64,000 nucleotides of DNA from Sphagnum compactum (GCA_965153455.1 OZ234494.1:8246001-8310000), one strand, 5' to 3'; positions 13,613 to 26,429 are shown, counted from the first letter of the stretch. Numbers and translations are program-made. The notes: a model not told the origin generated them from the letters alone.

Positions 13613-14544
13613 CAAAGCCAATGTTGACATATTTTTTGGAGTCACCCATATGTGTGAAAACATTGTCTACAAGAAAGGTGAGTTTATGCAATGGCATAAA
13701 CGGGAATGTTTATTAGGCAAATGTGATAAGTATGGTGTTAACTTGCTAGCATTATGTCCTAAGGAAATGGTATTTCAAAGGCTAATTAAGCTATGTGGTT
13801 TGTGATTTGATGATTAGTTTGATACCATGGGCTCTAATACCATATGTATAATGGTTAATCCATCTCTTGAAGCATGAAACTTTTGTAACTTGAAGCATAT
13901 GCATGCTTGTATAATATGATTTTTTCTAGAGATTATGTTTTTACAAATTTTTCATATTTGGAATTGCTTTTTGTTATGGCAAGCAATGGATATAAGCAAA
14001 AGTTTTGTTTAATTCAATAAATATACCACTAAATTCTAGATGTCTAGAAACTTGGCCATGAAAGTTGTGCAAAAATCGTGGATATGAGTGATTCCTTGAG
14101 AACTCAATTAAATTGGGTTGGCAATTTAAGTTATTGATGCAAATTGATGTTTCAATTTTTCTCATACACTTAAACGTAAGTTTAGTTGTTGGTACTCACA
14201 ATCTTTACTCATGTTTCCATACTCGCAGTCTTTATTGATGTTTCCATGTCATGCTTCTAGTAACAGGCATGATTTTCTTCATGCAAATGTTGCAACTTGT
14301 AGAGTTGGATTCACCAACCCTAAACCTAAAGCAAATATGCCACCTTGGCATACCACGAGAAGCACATGGTAGCTCACTTGGAGAATTTTTGAAATAAAAA
14401 ACCCTCTTGATGAATGATGATAGCCTACTTCTTGTTCTACACATGGGCAATTAATAACTAATTAAAAAATTATTTCATTGAGGTGGTGAGGTCAGGAGCC
14501 CTGAGGATGCCATTCAACATGGATACAAATTAGAATGATGTTAA

Positions 14545-15492
14545 AGTGTATTGCATTTAGCTGCAAAGGATCATCTTCCATTTAATGGGCCATCCAGGAA
14601 TTTGCACTTTTGAATACAGATATCTTCCATTCAATGGGTCATCCAGGAATTGTGACATTTGGACAGATCAGACCATCATCTATTTAATGAATGATGGCCT
14701 ATGCACGAATTGTCACTTATGTAAAGTGTATTGAATTTAGACTAAGGACAATCTTCCATTTAATGAGTCATCAACAAATTGTCACTTTTGGATGGATTGG
14801 ACCATCATCCATTTAAGGAGCCATTCCAGATGTTGACACTTTTGGACAGATTGGATGACCATCCATTTAAGGAGCCAATCCAGATATTGACACCCTTTTG
14901 GACAGATTAGACCATCATCCATTTAAGGAGCCATTCCAGATATTGTCACTTTTGGACAGATTGGACCATCATCCATTTAAGGAGCCATCCAGATATTGGA
15001 GCATCATCCATGTAAGGAGCCAATACAGATATTGACACACTTTTGGACAGATTGGACCGTCATCCATTTAAGGAGCCAATACAGATATTGTCACTTTTGG
15101 ACAGATTGGACCATCATCCATTTAAGGAGCCATCCAGATATTGACACCCTTTTGAAAAGATTGGAGCATCATCCATTTAAGGAGCCAATACAGATATTGA
15201 CACACTTTTGGACAGATTGGACCATCATCCATTTAAGGAGCCAATACAGATGATATTGTCACTTTTGGACAGATTGGACCATCATCCATTGAAGGAGCCA
15301 TCCAGATATTGACACACTTTTGGACAGATTGGACCATCATCCATTGAAGGAGCCATCCAGATATTGACACACTTTTGGACAGATTGGACCATCATCCATT
15401 TAAGGAGCCAATCCAGGTATGTGTCACTTTTGGACAGATTGGACCATCATCCATTTAATGGGCTATCCAGGAATTGTCACTTTTGGACAGAT
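14545..15492. repeat. Tandem array of ~17 units of ~54-57 bp (ccatttaaggagcca(a)tccagatattgacacacttttggacagattggaccatcat)
   Basis: Unit starts near 14578, 14627, 14680, 14756, 14809, 14863, 14919, 14973, 15008, 15064, 15118, 15173, 15229, 15286, 15341, 15396 and 15451. Central units are nearly identical; edge units are diverged. Confidence 0.95.
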
Positions 15493-17050
15493 TCTTTTGA
15501 CATTAGGGATACTTTGAATATCACATTTGCAAAAAATGTGCCAATTGACAGTTCCGTGGGGCATTTTTGGCATTTTGTCTATTATGACTTGTGCTACTTG
15601 CTATGGTAGTAGAGGTAGCCACGGCTGCTTAGTAACTTACAAGGGACGTAAAAGCAATGTATCTATCATTACATTACATTTTCTTTTCACTGCATCATTT
15701 CATTTCTTTTGTTCTGACATGAACATTTAAAGCTCTCCTATAGAGGTAGGGTGTTCTTGAGAAGGGCTACAAGTCCAGGCCAAAAATAGTGGCAGCCAAT
15801 ATTAGGAATAGAAATTCCATGCAACCAACGAGAAGTAGCAGCACATCATGGAGTGAAGGGTCCTTCCTTTTTTTTTTTTTCCTTGTGAGTGGGGGAAGGG
15901 GGGGGGGGGGGTTGGGATTTTTACTAGTATTTAAATCATTGTTTTATGGTACAACTTTGGGTGAGTAGGTACTATGTCTAAGACCAAATAATTGAAACCC
16001 TGACACTCTCCCACCTTCCCTCCCTGCACCCATGTACAAAAACAAGGTAGGGTAAAGCCCCATGATGGGGGATTCCCAAAATAAAAGGGGCCTAGGAGGA
16101 TGTGGTAACTTGGCTACCACAAGACACTAAATCACTCATCAAGCTTAGTTAGTCATAATACGCTAAATAAAGCAGAGCATTGCTTTTACTTAGTGCCCAC
16201 AACTAAGACTAATAATTGTAGGTAGTTATCCTCATTTTCTCTTGAGAGTTGGCAGGTTTGAAAATTGGTGTGGGAGAGGAGAACACCACATAATGAAAAA
16301 AATTAAAATGAACATAAAACATACATAGATCACAAGGTGCACAAAGGGGATGGTTAATAATTAATGTGCCTATAGGTACATGTAAGATCCCTTCTCCTTT
16401 CTAGGCAAAACATTTATGTGTGTAGTAGAACCCCTAGGTGAGAGAAAGCATTCCCAAAATAAGGGTTCTAACCTATAGGCCCCATAATTTGAGAATATCC
16501 GTCACCCATGAGCTTTACCCATTATCATGAACATAAACGTACTTAGATCACTAATCCCTAGCCTAGGGGGTAAGGTTTTTATGCATACTTCTTCAGCCTG
16601 TGAGGGCAATTATGCTCAAGATTAGAATATTGTTTTATATCTATAAGTAAGCATAATTTCCTTCCCAATGATATCCACCTTTGTCCTTGGTGCTAAACTT
16701 TGCAAGCATGTAATTATAAGGAACTATTCTCTTAATGAGTAGGTGTAAGATTTCTTTTTTTAGAGAGTCACATGAAAATTTCTCTTCTAAAAAAATGTCC
16801 ATATTGTATGGAGTTTCCTTGGCTTTAAATTTAAGGAGCAATTCTAGATATCCATTGTAGTTAGGCAGTATCATTAATTATCACATTCACATATAGTGCT
16901 AAATGTTTGTCCCTCCCTTTGCATAAACAATAAATACGAAATTGTACCCACTAAAGAAGCAAGGCCAATGACAATGATCAACTAACTAAAAGTAATCATT
17001 TTATTGTATCATCTTTTGACACCCCTGATGTCCTATGTGAGAATGACATT

Positions 17051-17457
17051 AGAGTTATCCCTATAGTCATCTTGTCTTCACCCTATTTTTGAGCCTCCTT
17101 TCACCCCCAAGCCCCTCTTTCAGTGGTATCCGCAAAGTAAGGATATTTTATTAAATCTGGGTATGAAATGCTGAAACTCAGCATTTAATGCACAAGGTTC
17201 GAGAGTAATTATAGTAGGTAGGTGTACAGGTAGGAGCAGTGAAAATATATATGTAGCAGCAGTGGGGGCGCTCAGAAAAAAGGAAAGACTAGATAAATCT
17301 CAGTTTACCACCAAAATAGATGGTTTTTTCAGTTTCCCCCCAACCCCCCTGGTTGAATGCAACTGTACTTTTTTGCAGGTTTTTAAAAAATCTCACCCCG
17401 TTTATGACCAAACTCAGGGTTCTGGTGTTGTGTTTTCATTACGTTACAGATAACTTT
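17051..17457. mobile_element. MITE, family A copy 1 (~405 bp, degenerate AGAGTTATCC... TIR)
   Basis: Alignable end to end with 32880-33271; flanked by ATT on both sides. Confidence 0.85.
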
Positions 17458-17675
17458 ATTATGTGAGTTAAATTGATTTTCACATCCTTATGAGGTTGAT
17501 GCTATCCAAAATTTGACATGGATCATTTTAGTGCAACTGCTGGAACTGCTCTAAATCAATTTCGGATCAAATTCTTAAAGTTCTCTTAATGAGGAAGGGG
17601 AAAATAAGGTAAAATAGTTGTTGCATTCTTGATGTTTTCTAAAAATACTCAGGCATGAAATTGCACTCCCGGTCT

Positions 17676-18009
17676 TACAATGCCCTTGCCATGCTGAAAG
17701 ACAATGATTTTACAAATGAATTGATTGGGCGTAACCATGTTATGACTTTTTGTCGTAAACTTCCAAAGTTTACAAAACAGGCTGATGTTTCCTGTCTTTT
17801 ACAACAATTTGTCATTTGTAGCCTCTTAGGTCTGTGGGTGTACAATGCCCTTGCCATGCTGCAAGACAATGATTTTACAAATGGATTGATTGGGCGTAAC
17901 CATGTTATGACTTTTTGTCATAAACTTCCAAAGTTTACAAAACAAGCTGATGTTTCCTGTCTTTTACAACAATTTGTCATTTGTAACCTCTTAGGTCTGT
18001 GGGTCTACA
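17676..18009. repeat. Near-identical direct tandem duplication, 2 x 165 bp
   Basis: tacaatgcccttgccatgctg...cctcttaggtctgtgggt begins at 17676 and 17841. Confidence 0.95.
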
Positions 18010-18301
18010 CAAACTTCAAACATTAAGACCTCCATCAGACTTTATGATAATCTTTCAAGAGGCCTACAGGATGGGTTGAAGCCTCCTTGTTTGTTGAAGG
18101 TTTGTCCTTTTAGAATCAGTTGAGCAGGTTTATATCATTTTAGCATCCATGTATGTGGGCCTAAATAGACTTCATTTTGGATGCGTGATACATATTCATT
18201 CATCCATGGGAATTGTATCTAATGAGGAAATGAGCTAGTGGTCTTCTCTCAAGGTGCCCACAATACTTTTTCAGCCTTTCATTGTGTTTTGAGATACTTA
18301 A

Positions 18302-18633
18302 GGCCCACTTTAGCCAAGGGTCCAGGGTCAAATTTCCTTGGAACCAATTTGGACTGATTTGAAGCAAATTGAATCCTTGAGTTGGACAATACCTTGGTCC
18401 CTAGCCTGATTCTTGATTCTCCAAATCAAGAGCTCTCCTTTTAGCACTATTTATTGGTCCGAAACAATTGATTTTCCCTCCAAAACAGGTGCCATGTAGG
18501 TTTAGCCTGAATTTGCCACTGGTTGTTCTTGGACCTTCATCTAAAGGCCTTGGGACCAATTTAAAGCTTTGGACCAATAAGATTGCTTAAATTCATTGGT
18601 CCCTGGACCTTGGACCCTCGTCTGAAGTCGCCC
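18302..18633. mobile_element. Tourist-like (PIF/Harbinger) MITE
   Basis: Imperfect TIRs GGCCCACTTTAGCCAAGGGTCCAGGG / CCTTGGACCCTCGTCTGAAGTCGCCC, with TAA on both flanks. Confidence 0.8.
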
Positions 18634-21202
18634 TAAGACTATATCTCTCAATATCTGCAGTTCACCTAATATCCACTCCTCTTTTCTAAGATGGATAATC
18701 ATGTACATAAAGTGACTTTCAAAACCAGTTAGGAGTTTTCTTTGAGTGCTTTTTTCAAGCGTTTAAAGCTTGTCTGATTTCTTAGATCCAATAAGGCTGC
18801 AAAATTCTCAGAATTACAGTGCATAATACGATTGCAGCATATGAAAAGGAATAGAGAGAGAAAGCCTGCAAGGCAGGCAGAAATCAAGGGGCCCAACTTC
18901 AAATGATTTTACCAACTGCCAGAAGCACTGAATCCCTGTAAATTTGGCCCTTTTCATTAAGTGTTAGAAGAACTCAAAATGAGAGAGAACTATAATTTGT
19001 CAAGCACAGTGTTGCCTGGTTATTTGATTTTTGGCTCTGTCCTACAGAGGCATTGTGGGAATATCTTCTGAGTGGGTATACGGGTCGATCGAAGAATCAA
19101 AAGTTGGCTGAATGGATAAGGTTATAAGTTTGTGTGTAAATTTTTTATTGGCCCAAGCTAATGGATGCATGTGTGTAGATTTTGGGTGCACCCATCCAAG
19201 TGATGGGTTGTTTTGAAGTGTACCCATCTACTTGTTGGGTTTCTTCTCAAAATATGACTGTTGGGTAACTCATTAAATCATGTCTCTAAATCATTTTTAT
19301 TTGTTTGGGTTGTCACTTGCCTTTTTGTATCACAAGGTTTCATATCACTATGAATTGTAAAAAACAATTCTTATGACTAACTTTTTAAATCAATTTTTTT
19401 TTGATAAACATACAAATAATTAACTTCAATTCCTTTAAATCTTGTTTAAATGAGATTTGAAAGATTATGAGAATTGAGTAAAATAAACACATCAATTCTT
19501 AAATAAATATAAAAATAAATATAAAATTGGTTGTTCAGATTTTAAAAAAATTAATTTGATGTTATTTTTAAAACTTAATAAGGGTTTGATGACGATTTAA
19601 TAACAAAAATCATAATGAAATTAATTGATAGTAGACATTTCCCTAAGATAGTAGACATGCATGTATGATTTTAGGTTTCATCAAACATGTATGGGTCAAA
19701 CACAACTAGTTTATAAAGTTGGGTGGAAATACACTAGGATTTATAGGTGAAAATTTAGTGAGAGCAAAGGTGTTAAGGTTTTCTTTTTCTTTTTTTCCTT
19801 CTTGCAGAGAGGTTTGTTTTTTACTAGGGGGTTTCAATGGGTATAACGAGTGGATAATTCAATTAGATTGAAAATTACAAGTTGGAAGTGAATCTTTAAG
19901 AAAAGGGGACGCAGGGTTGGGAATTTTTTTTTTTTTTTTCAAAAGGGTTTTTTTTTGGGGTGAGGAAGGGAGGACGAAATAATTCCACCACTTTTCCAAA
20001 GGATTTTTTGAGTGGGATTGGGAGAGGTGATGTTTTTTGGGGATGAGGACTAACCCAAGGGGTTGTTTCTTGGGTAGCATGGGAGGGGAAAGGTTTATGT
20101 GTTATCTTTGGTAGTGTGGGATGGGGTGGTTGGAAAAAGGGGGTGAGTATTTTTATTTTTTTTCTTTTTTTCTTTCAAAATATGGTGACTTAATGAAGAT
20201 TTTTTTTCAAAAAAATATTTCAAGAAAATTAGTACCATTATTTTTTGAGTATGGAAAATTTTCAACACAAAAATTTAATTTTGAAAATTTGACAAAAAAA
20301 ACAAACAATGTTTTGTTTAAAATTGAACACTTAATACATCAAACTTATGAACCAGCAGCAGCAGCAAAAGAAGGTTTCCATAAGGTTTCTGTAGGATCCA
20401 TGGTTTCTAATCATTCAACAAAGTGAAAAACAATGCAACAACTTTCACTTTTGCATTGTAGTTGAAATGACGACTAGTTTAAGTCTTTAGTTTGAGGACA
20501 TGTAATTGCAATTTCTATTGCATTTGCATGCACTATTTTGGAACCAAAAAAACTTCAAATAACCAACTTTTAATGACACAACCTTTTCAAATCAAGGAAA
20601 GGGTAGATTAAGTATGAAATAAAAACTTCAACATTTAATGCAAATCAATCACAAAAAAAATATAACTATGATGACAAATTGAAACAAAAAGACAAACCTT
20701 AACACTTACTACGAAATCTGGGAAGAATTTTGAATCCTTACATCCCAAATGACATCTTTGTTACAAAAGATGAAAAACTTTATGTTGAAAGTTTATAATA
20801 AGAAACTCTAGAACACCACCAAAAGAATCAAAACAACAAAAACATAAAGAACTTCAGACTGAATTAGATAGACAAGTTAAATTGGGAGCTTTGGAATGTG
20901 AGGGCAAGAGTTAGTTGTTGACAAAACATGTCCTCATGTCCTACGCCCTCCTCATGTCTTAAAACATATCCTTATATCCTTGAGCCTTAGTCTTAGGACA
21001 TCTCGTCATGTCCCTAGGCCCTTTGGACCAGGAAAATTTACCAAGGCTTTGTGTAAATGTCCCTCGATTCACAAGTTCTAGGCCTTCAATTGTGCATGTC
21101 CTAGGCCTTTCAATCCTCCTGTGGCCTAAGGCCTCAAACCTTAAGGCCCAGATCCTTGCCTTCTTGGATGACTTAATAATGGCTATGTCTTGGGCTTAAG
21201 CC

Positions 21203-21413
21203 TGGTGCATTCACACTTGGTGTTAGGAACTCTAGTGTTGAGACCCCTAACACCATGCTAATCATTTAGGACTTACACCTACTTACCAACATTTTATGTT
21301 ATGTTCACATTCACTTAACATTAAGTTATCACCCATTTAACCATTGGGTGCCACCTAGGATGCCACCTAGATTTTCATTTAACACTGACTTTACATCAAG
21401 TGTGAATGCACCA
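21203..21413. mobile_element. MITE (~210 bp)
   Basis: TIRs TGGTGCATTCACACTTG / CAAGTGTGAATGCACCA. Confidence 0.8.
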
Positions 21414-22261
21414 TTAGACATGAGACATCTTGGGCTAATGTCACATGGATTCTTTTGTATTCAGTGACCAGGTGTCAAGAAAACAGGGACATGGGGGACA
21501 CATGTACCTTTGCTGAGGCCAAAGCAAATGAAAGCTTCACACCATTGATGCCACTTGCCCCCTCCCTAATCTCTCTCTGCCATGCTCCACCAATTAGGGT
21601 TTTTTTTTTGGGTAGCTAAATTCTTTTTCGAAGAGGATAAGAAAAATATGGTTTTTTAAAAAAAGGTTCTCTAGTCGCCAAATTTCGAAAATTTCGGCAG
21701 ATTTCTCTATTGGGTAGCCAAAAATATGGAGGATGCTTAAACTCTTTTTTTTACTTTCATACCTTGTTTGTATCCCATATTTGGCTGAACTGCCTTTCGG
21801 CCACTTCAGCTCCATCACGAAAATGGCTGGGATATTACATATAGTAAAAGACGTGGGGATGTTAAATGAAGCTTCCCCTGAATCCGTCCCGTCGTCCCTC
21901 CCGTCATCCATCCAAACAGAACAAATATATATTTTAAACCCTGCACCAACAGAAGCCTAGATGTGGCAAATTGAATTATTTTCATTTCGAAAAATGGAGA
22001 AATAAATCCCTAAAAATCAGAATATTTTCGTGTTGTTTTTTTTTTTCATTTTCTGGAAATATTTTTGGCCAAGTTGGGAAAGTTCGACACAAAAAAATAA
22101 TAAAATAAAAAAAATCATTGTTAGCTATATTAGTAGACTGTTTTGGCTTCTCTTCTCTTCTCTTTTCTCTCTCTCTCTCTCTCTCTCATTCATGAATTTC
22201 TTGGGAGTGGGTTTTAGGGTTTTGGGTTTGCTCCAAGGGTAATAGTACTAGCGTATATGCA

Positions 22262-24460
22262 ATGGCGAGCTTGGGGAAGATCATCAGAGACGACAGGCAC
22301 CCAATATGGCTGGTGGATTCTATCATCTTGTCAGCGGTAGTGTACTCCAGCAAGCCGGAGGAGGAGCTGAAACTGATGGAGAAAGATTATGGACTCCCAG
22401 CTTCAGCCAAATACGAATTTGTAGCGGAGGAGGAGCTTCAGGAGAACGGGTTCGGGAACTGTAAGCAATCGCTTCTGGTTGTGAGGTCATTGACGGATGG
22501 CCATTTTGTTGTGGCATGTCGAGGAACCACTGACATCAGTGACGCTCTCACCGACCTCAACTTCATCCAGAGGACCATGACTTTGACCCCCGGAGCTGCA
22601 CATGCAGGCTTTCTGGACAGGGCAAAGACCATCCCACTGGAGTATTTCAGGAGGCTGTTAGTGAGGGGAGAGAGAGTGGTACTCACAGGTCATTCTCTTG
22701 GAGGTGCTGTTGCCTCTCTTCTTGCCCTCAGGTATAATAATAATATTATATGGTCCCCACCCTCCTCGTCCTCCTCCATCGTCAGAATCTAGGGTTGTTG
22801 TTGGGGTTGCAATAACAACCCTAGATTGATTGTTGTACTCTGGAGTTTTTCTCTGCTGCTTAGTTCTTCACAGCTACTGCATGCACATTGGGATAAGTAC
22901 AGATGATCAATTTCTCCTCATATCTGCATTTTGCTGCAATGACAGTGCCCAATCCAGAATCACAGACAAGTAGTGCATATGGTGGGTGTCGGGGTCAAAC
23001 AGAGGTTTTCAGGCTTTTTAGTGCACTTCTTATGTCAAGAATTTGTGTCTGAAAATTGTGGTTGTTGCACAGATTGCTAGAGGTAACAGGACGGTGGTGT
23101 CATGCCCAAATCCAGTGCTATACATTTGGCTGCCCGTTCTTTGCTGATTACAGACTTTCCAGGTTTGTTCTTTATCCACTTTCCAGAGGATCTTGAATAC
23201 AACTGCAATTTCTGCTTTCCCAGGGAGAATCTCCCTCATGATTCAATATATAGATGTCTTTAGCAAGTTTCCCTAGTACTTATTACCTGTGGAAATGTGC
23301 AAGACTGCTTTTCTCAAGGGTTTTTTCAGTAGTCAAACTGTGGAGTTGGAACCCATGTTTACAGGTATATAAACAAACGGTACAAGCACCACTTCGTCCA
23401 TATTGTGTCTCGGAATGATATTGTCCCAAAGGTGATGCCACTCGCATATACTATTTACAGCATGTGGGCAGGCTTGAATGTTGGACCTCTTGCTGAAGTG
23501 ATGCAAATCACACGTGTTGTCATGCTCATCCTCCAACTATTCAAAGTGAAAACGAAGAAGCTGCCTTTTGTAATTGCAGGCACACAGGCATTGACATGGG
23601 CACCTGCAATTCTGCGTTTCTTGCTGCACCGGGCATTAGCATTAGCTCTTTCGCACCAATCAGGATTTGGTTATGCATTTGCTGGCCACATGGTGTTACT
23701 CGACACAGAGACAAATTTCCTGGAATATGCAGACATGGATCACTGGAAGATGGAGCAACATTTGAGCTTCCATTTGAATTGTGGGTCAATAGATGCAGTA
23801 CGGGAGCACTCTTTGTTGAGTTACATTGATCATGTGTTTGCAGTGGAGTCAAATAAGGCATCCTGTGAAATGAAGGATGTGGGCTTGGCAGCTCTTGCAG
23901 CAACAACTGAGGCAGGCATTGAGGAATCTGTAAACTCTCCTAGAGTTGAAGTTTGCACAGCCACTTTGAGTATGAAGTGGTTCAACAAAGAACACAGGCC
24001 TGTCAAACAGGTATGGATTCCCCTCCATGTGTACCAATCTAGGAGTTTGCACAGAGGTCACAGAATGAGGATTCTGGATCTGATGTTGGTCAGATTGAAT
24101 GCAGACCACTTGGTTTGAATCTCACATAATTCTCTCTCTGTTTCTTTGTTGCCACAGCTGAATACAAAGTTGATTCAGACAGTGGGAAAGAAAGGTAAGG
24201 TGAAACAACAGCCGACAATACCCAAGAAGAAAAAAACACCAGCACTGAAATCGCGGGTTGCTTGTCTCATATTTGCGAGGCGTATGCAGGATGTGCATCC
24301 AAAGAGTCACCAATTACGGGCAAGGCATGCAGGATTTATGGAAAGAGTTGCCATGGGATTCCACCAAGTAACAAAATTTGTGCATAAATTTGATTCACTT
24401 TTTATGGCATCTACTGTAATCTGTGTTGGTATACAAGTGAAGAAATTCTTCTTTAGGTAA
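22262..24460 (+). CDS. Class-3 lipase (alpha/beta hydrolase) family protein
   Basis: Exons 22262-22731, 23073-23162, 23365-24010 and 24158-24460 join in frame through GT-AG introns. Motifs: VACRGT, AAHAGFLDRAKTIP, nucleophile elbow TGHSLGG, CYTFGCP, HIVSRNDIVP (candidate catalytic Asp) and EHSLLSY (candidate His). Confidence 0.88.
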
Positions 24461-26429
24461 TCAAACCTGAACAAACTACCTAATTGATGTCACTAGTAAA
24501 AGCAGTCAGTGAAATCTAGAACCAACACTTAATTGGTGTCACTAGTAATCTAGTTTCTTTTCAGGTACTGCAGACCTGGTTGGACTTTAGGGGTCGGTAA
24601 TACTGCCCACAACCCAAGGACATCCATGCATGTGATTCTTTAGTTATGGCAACAAACATAAGAACTTTTGTCAACTTGCATGCATTAGGGGCTTTCCATT
24701 TCCCAATCCTTCATAGCTTGTACTAAGATTGGCAGAATCTGGTTGAGACATTGGCACCAAGTGACAGATGTTACCTATTCAGAGGCACAACTAGATGATA
24801 GGCAGCAATTTGGCCACTGGTCTGTAACCCCTCATGACACTAACTTGGAAGGGTTTCTGAAGCAGAAATGGGCAAGCCACCCATGAGCTCAAGACTTCTA
24901 TTCATTGCCAAGCTGCTATGATGTGTTGGGTTCAGGGTTGATACTTGATACCTTTGTAAGGTCTGAATCTTCAGGTTTTAGGTTTTTGAAAACCCAGGAG
25001 ACCGAAGGTGGATGTTCAAATTTTTTCAATACAATCAACTTTTTTTTGGTTTGATTTTGTCATTTTAATCAATAGATAATAACCCCAAAATCAAAACCTA
25101 AGTTGCCTACTTTCAAAAAATGGAATTCATTATACCTGATCTTCATTATATTTATGAAAAACAATAAAAACTATATTTAGAGATTTGTGCATGCTTCACT
25201 TTAGGGTTAATTTGGTCATTAGATAACCCTTAAAATAATGAAATGATTTTTTGTGAAATTTTGAAGCTAAGGTGTGGAAAACCATCATAATTAATGTAGG
25301 CTACAATTTGAATAATTTCACTCCTCATGTAACAATATCATATAATAGATCATGAAAAAAATAATGATTTCAAATTAAAAAATGCATTATTTTTCCTGCA
25401 AAAATAATTAATCTTGTCAATGTGGAAGTTGATGCAAGCTCCCCTATTTCAAAACTTGATTAGAACCCTTGCAAAAAAATTCCTAACAAGAACAGCATAT
25501 ACGCAGTGAATTTCCCTCTTAGAAAAGAGAAAAAATGTCATGTCTCCTCCTTGAGAGTGAGAGGGATCTTATTTGCTTGCATATAGGTTTGTAAGATCCC
25601 TCCCACACTTGAAGAGTTGGTATAAAATCCCTCCCTTCAAATGCCTCAGGATCAACATATGTTTAGTAGGTTCATGACCACCTTTTTGCCTCGCGATGCT
25701 ATAAGAGAGGCAAAGGTGACAAGTTGGGGACATTCCCCAAATGTGGTGGGGTTGAACTCAAGTTTCACCTTGTCCTAGGCCCTTTATTATGGAACGACCC
25801 CTTCCCTAGGACTTTACCCTACACAAAAGAAAGCCCTACACATGTAAAGATGTGTTTGAAAGTTTCTTTTGTATTTGAAGAGCCATTGTCAAATGCAACA
25901 TCCCACATAACAACTTCCATGATGGAAGATTTGCTTCTTTAACATTAAAGCCATCTCTTAAAAGGGACATGCTAACATACTCACAAGAAAGGTAACATTT
26001 TCTAACATTCATAGTTCATGTGGAGGGCACCTCATATACATGAATTTCCCTTTTAGAAATTGAGAGAGATAATATGCCTACTCCTCTAAGGTGGGAGAGA
26101 AATTATGCCTATATTCATAGGCCTCATGATCTACGTAGGTTTAGTTCATGATAAATTTTGCCTTGTGCTTTACCAGAGGTAAAGCTCATGGGTGAGGGAC
26201 ATTTTCAAAATGTGTGGCTGATAACCTATAAGGATCACACCTCTTTTGTGTGCTTGATCAATCACCCCCACTATTCCATCCATCTAGACTTTGCCATAAA
26301 TACTCCCAGGTTTGGGAAGAAATGTCTCTACAACCTTCAATTAGGATATTGTGATGAATCTGACATTGTCAAGGCTTTCTTTTAATGTTTTTTGGTACAT
26401 TAACTAACACTCCTCAAAACCAGGATCCA

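Larger units (their letters stand above)
10076..13770 (+). mobile_element. Degenerate Cys-rich DNA-transposon transposase remnant (Sola2-like), two exons separated by a ~2.4-kb repeat-filled intron
   Basis: Exon 1 (~10076-10932) reads ...VIEKVLSHP...W(W)ITQTKVSPNKKDV...THYLMETQ followed by a GT donor. Exon 2 (~13320-13770) reads MFEKLKPF/VRRMKDWNTCCCIYHV...IHGSNCTC...WHKRECLLGKCDKYGVNLLALCPKE. Internal stops and frameshifts; no catalytic DDE/D part is seen. Confidence 0.5.

Noticed and set aside
14545..15492. CRISPR-like array
   Set aside because: The whole unit repeats with only small variants, there are no unique spacers or cas genes, and the context is eukaryotic. The ORFs at 14996-15253 and 15364-15609 are by-products of the repeat.
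8700..15600. Fanzor/TnpB-type RNA-guided nuclease associated with the array
   Set aside because: No RuvC motifs or TnpB-type zinc-finger arrangement were recognised in the remnants I translated.
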